A stretch of 64,000 nt of DNA from an uncultured Candidatus Saccharibacteria bacterium (GTDB lineage: Bacteria; Patescibacteriota; Saccharimonadia; Saccharimonadales; CAYLGV01): NCBI GenBank assembly GCA_964394925.1, contig CAYMZG010000003.1, forward strand, positions 40,414-104,413, given 5' to 3'. Shown here one piece after another: positions 62,892 through 64,000 of this stretch. The notes below the pieces were generated by a model. That model was not told where the DNA came from. It was given only the letters and a program-made list of their open reading frames with translations, and ran no database searches. The position numbers and the translations under genes are program-made. Positions within the stretch are counted from its first letter, which is position 1, and each line of letters begins with the position of its first letter.

Positions 62892-63020
62892 CTAGCTTTC
62901 GATATAGCGAAGATATGACGGCCGTTGGGGCGGTACATCAACTTCTTCGTTGGCTTTTGGCCTCGAACCAAAACTTACCTTTACTACGTGACGCTGCAGT
63001 TTTTTAAGATATGCCCACAT
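62892..63020 (-). CDS. candidate small ORF 2 (42 aa)
   Basis: ATG 63020 lies 1 nt after the sORF1 stop (TGAgATG) with GGGGAGGG upstream. Product MWAYLKKLQRHVVKVSFGSRPK... No homology recognised. Confidence 0.25.
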   Translation of the reverse strand: MWAYLKKLQRHVVKVSFGSRPKANEEVDVPPQRPSYLRYIES

Positions 63021-63021
63021 C

Positions 63022-63168
63022 TCAGCCCTCCCCTTGTATTGGTGGTGCAGCAAAAAGCTGTGGCAGTTTGCTTCGCTCAATAACTGGTACATTGAAGTTA
63101 GTGTTCAGGTATTGTTGGTGTCGCTTGGCCGACGTATAGGTTTGTTCTTTTTTGTTGGTTTGGTTCAT
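63022..63168 (-). CDS. candidate small ORF 1 (48 aa)
   Basis: ATG 63168 is preceded by GAGGAGGGG at 5 nt. Product MNQTNKKEQTYTSAKRHQQYLNTNFNVPVIERSKL... No homology recognised. Confidence 0.35.
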   Translation of the reverse strand: MNQTNKKEQTYTSAKRHQQYLNTNFNVPVIERSKLPQLFAAPPIQGEG

Positions 63169-63234
63169 ATAGACCCCTCCTCTTATACAACTTCTATTGT
63201 GAGCTACGAACAACATTTTATTCGTAATTATCTT

Positions 63235-63262
63235 CACAAAATGCGCGTGATATTTGTCACGC
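63235..63262 (-). terminator. terminator-like hairpin after the pilin-like gene
   Basis: Minus RNA GCGUGA-CAAAUA-UCACGC then GCAUUUUGUG. Short 6-8 bp stem. Confidence 0.4.
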
Positions 63263-63302
63263 ATGCGCTTATGCTTGCGTAAGCAACACTAGGTTACAAT
63301 GA

Positions 63303-64000
63303 TTAGTTGAGATTTTCCTTGGCATAGGTTTTGCCATCGGCTAGCGTGGCGGTTAGCACATAGCTATCACAATCTTTTTTGACATTATCACAAGTTGAAC
63401 CATCTTTTGCTTTTGGCTGATACGCATAACTTTTAGCGGTAGGCGTGGCCACAATGGCTGTCGAGCTGTTTTCTGGATCTTTCAGAGCAGATACATCTAG
63501 GCCCGACATATTAGCTTTAAGCCATTTTGCATCATTGAGGTTAGCCAAGCTCGGGTAACGGCCCGTTGTCGCGTAGTACGCTTCTGCCTGACTATGCAAA
63601 GTTTTAATATCACTCATGCGCTCAACATCATTAGCACTTCTCGAGCCGTCGGTTGTTAGATCCAACGGATCAATACCGAGTGCTTTTAGTACCTCCTCGA
63701 TCGAAATTGCTCCCGCGGGCGTATCGGCTTTGATGTCACCAGTGTAGGGTTTAGCCTCGAGGGTGATCTTAATGTTATATGGCGTATCGCCTTGGCTCAC
63801 TGCCGTAATTGCACCCTTTGAGTGATGGGCTTTCAGATCAGCCTCAAGGGCAAATGTAACATCGGTTTTGTCGGCAGCATTGTGGTCTTTCACGAATATG
63901 GTGAAGGCAGAACCACCCTGGTAGTTCTGACCAATTTCGGTATAGCTATTCTTGTCTTTCTCGTCGGTAAAACGAAGTTTGTAAATGAGCTTATATTTGG
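63303..64000 (-). CDS. surface protein with C-terminal type IV pilin / pseudopilin-like globular domain (5' end beyond window)
   Basis: The track start (GTG 63893) is internal; I checked that the frame stays open to base 64000. C-terminal NDVERMSDIKTLHSQAEAYYATTGRYPSLANL...DPENSS...YAYQP...CDNVKKDC resembles the post-helix pilin fold with a disulfide loop. Confidence 0.6.
   Translation of the reverse strand, partial: KYKLIYKLRFTDEKDKNSYTEIGQNYQGGSAFTIFVKDHNAADKTDVTFALEADLKAHHSKGAITAVSQGDTPYNIKITLEAKPYTGDIKADTPAGAISIEEVLKALGIDPLDLTTDGSRSANDVERMSDIKTLHSQAEAYYATTGRYPSLANLNDAKWLKANMSGLDVSALKDPENSSTAIVATPTAKSYAYQPKAKDGSTCDNVKKDCDSYVLTATLADGKTYAKENLN

Noticed and set aside
62892-63092. The 66-aa version of the small ORF (start 63092)
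   Set aside because: Its 5' part overlaps sORF1 in another frame and has no SD. The internal ATG 63020 with GGGGAGGG upstream is the only plausible start, and even that is low confidence.
1-64000. Search for CRISPR arrays, IS elements/transposases, integrases, prophage blocks, rRNA/tRNA genes and restriction-modification or classical toxin-antitoxin genes
   Set aside because: None found by eye. The only periodic repeat is the coding 21-bp array, and all spacers longer than 100 nt were read on both strands. A computational scan (tRNAscan-SE, Infernal/Rfam, defence-system finders) would be needed to exclude small RNAs rigorously.

Overview
Dense, mostly minus-strand bacterial chromosome segment: about 67 protein genes, very short spacers and many 4-nt start/stop overlaps. 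All function calls come from reading motifs by eye; no database or HMM search was run. Housekeeping genes include clpC (truncated at base 1), nusA, pepN, rnhB, rplS, dnaE, galU, gatC-gatA-X-gatB, uvrB, pheST, trxB and rarA. There is also a co-directional sugar-phosphate block: ppa-gap-rpiB-rpe-split transketolase-fba-PfkB kinase. The gene set fits a reduced-genome Patescibacteria/CPR (Saccharibacteria-like) organism: split tkt, an orphan PilB-type ATPase, a pilin-like surface protein, VKOR, CAP-domain, DUF5665-like and YtxH/DUF948-like proteins, and no biosynthetic operons. That placement is inference only. I saw no rRNA, tRNA, CRISPR array, transposase, integrase or prophage genes. The observations most worth a second look are: (1) an uncharacterised cassette at 27.1-30.8 kb, where a His-rich 419-aa protein is translationally coupled to a degenerate TIGR00725/LOG-like Rossmann protein, followed by a 565-aa helical orphan, all appended to the sugar-phosphate block; (2) a protein built from 14 near-perfect D-x-R-F-D-A-M heptads; (3) a promoter-to-terminator delimited four-gene unit of GGDEF(GGDEM) cyclase, mini-zincin, SHOCT and a secreted Met/His-tailed protein, with a perfect 26-bp palindrome inside it; (4) a recurrent leaderless-mRNA signature, with a -10 box (often TGn-extended) 6-8 nt upstream of about 20 start codons; (5) a perfect CIRCE element on the clpC promoter; (6) a strand-specific terminator hairpin in the nusA leader; (7) a 6-codon uORF coupled to pilB; and (8) candidate Zur and MarR operators.
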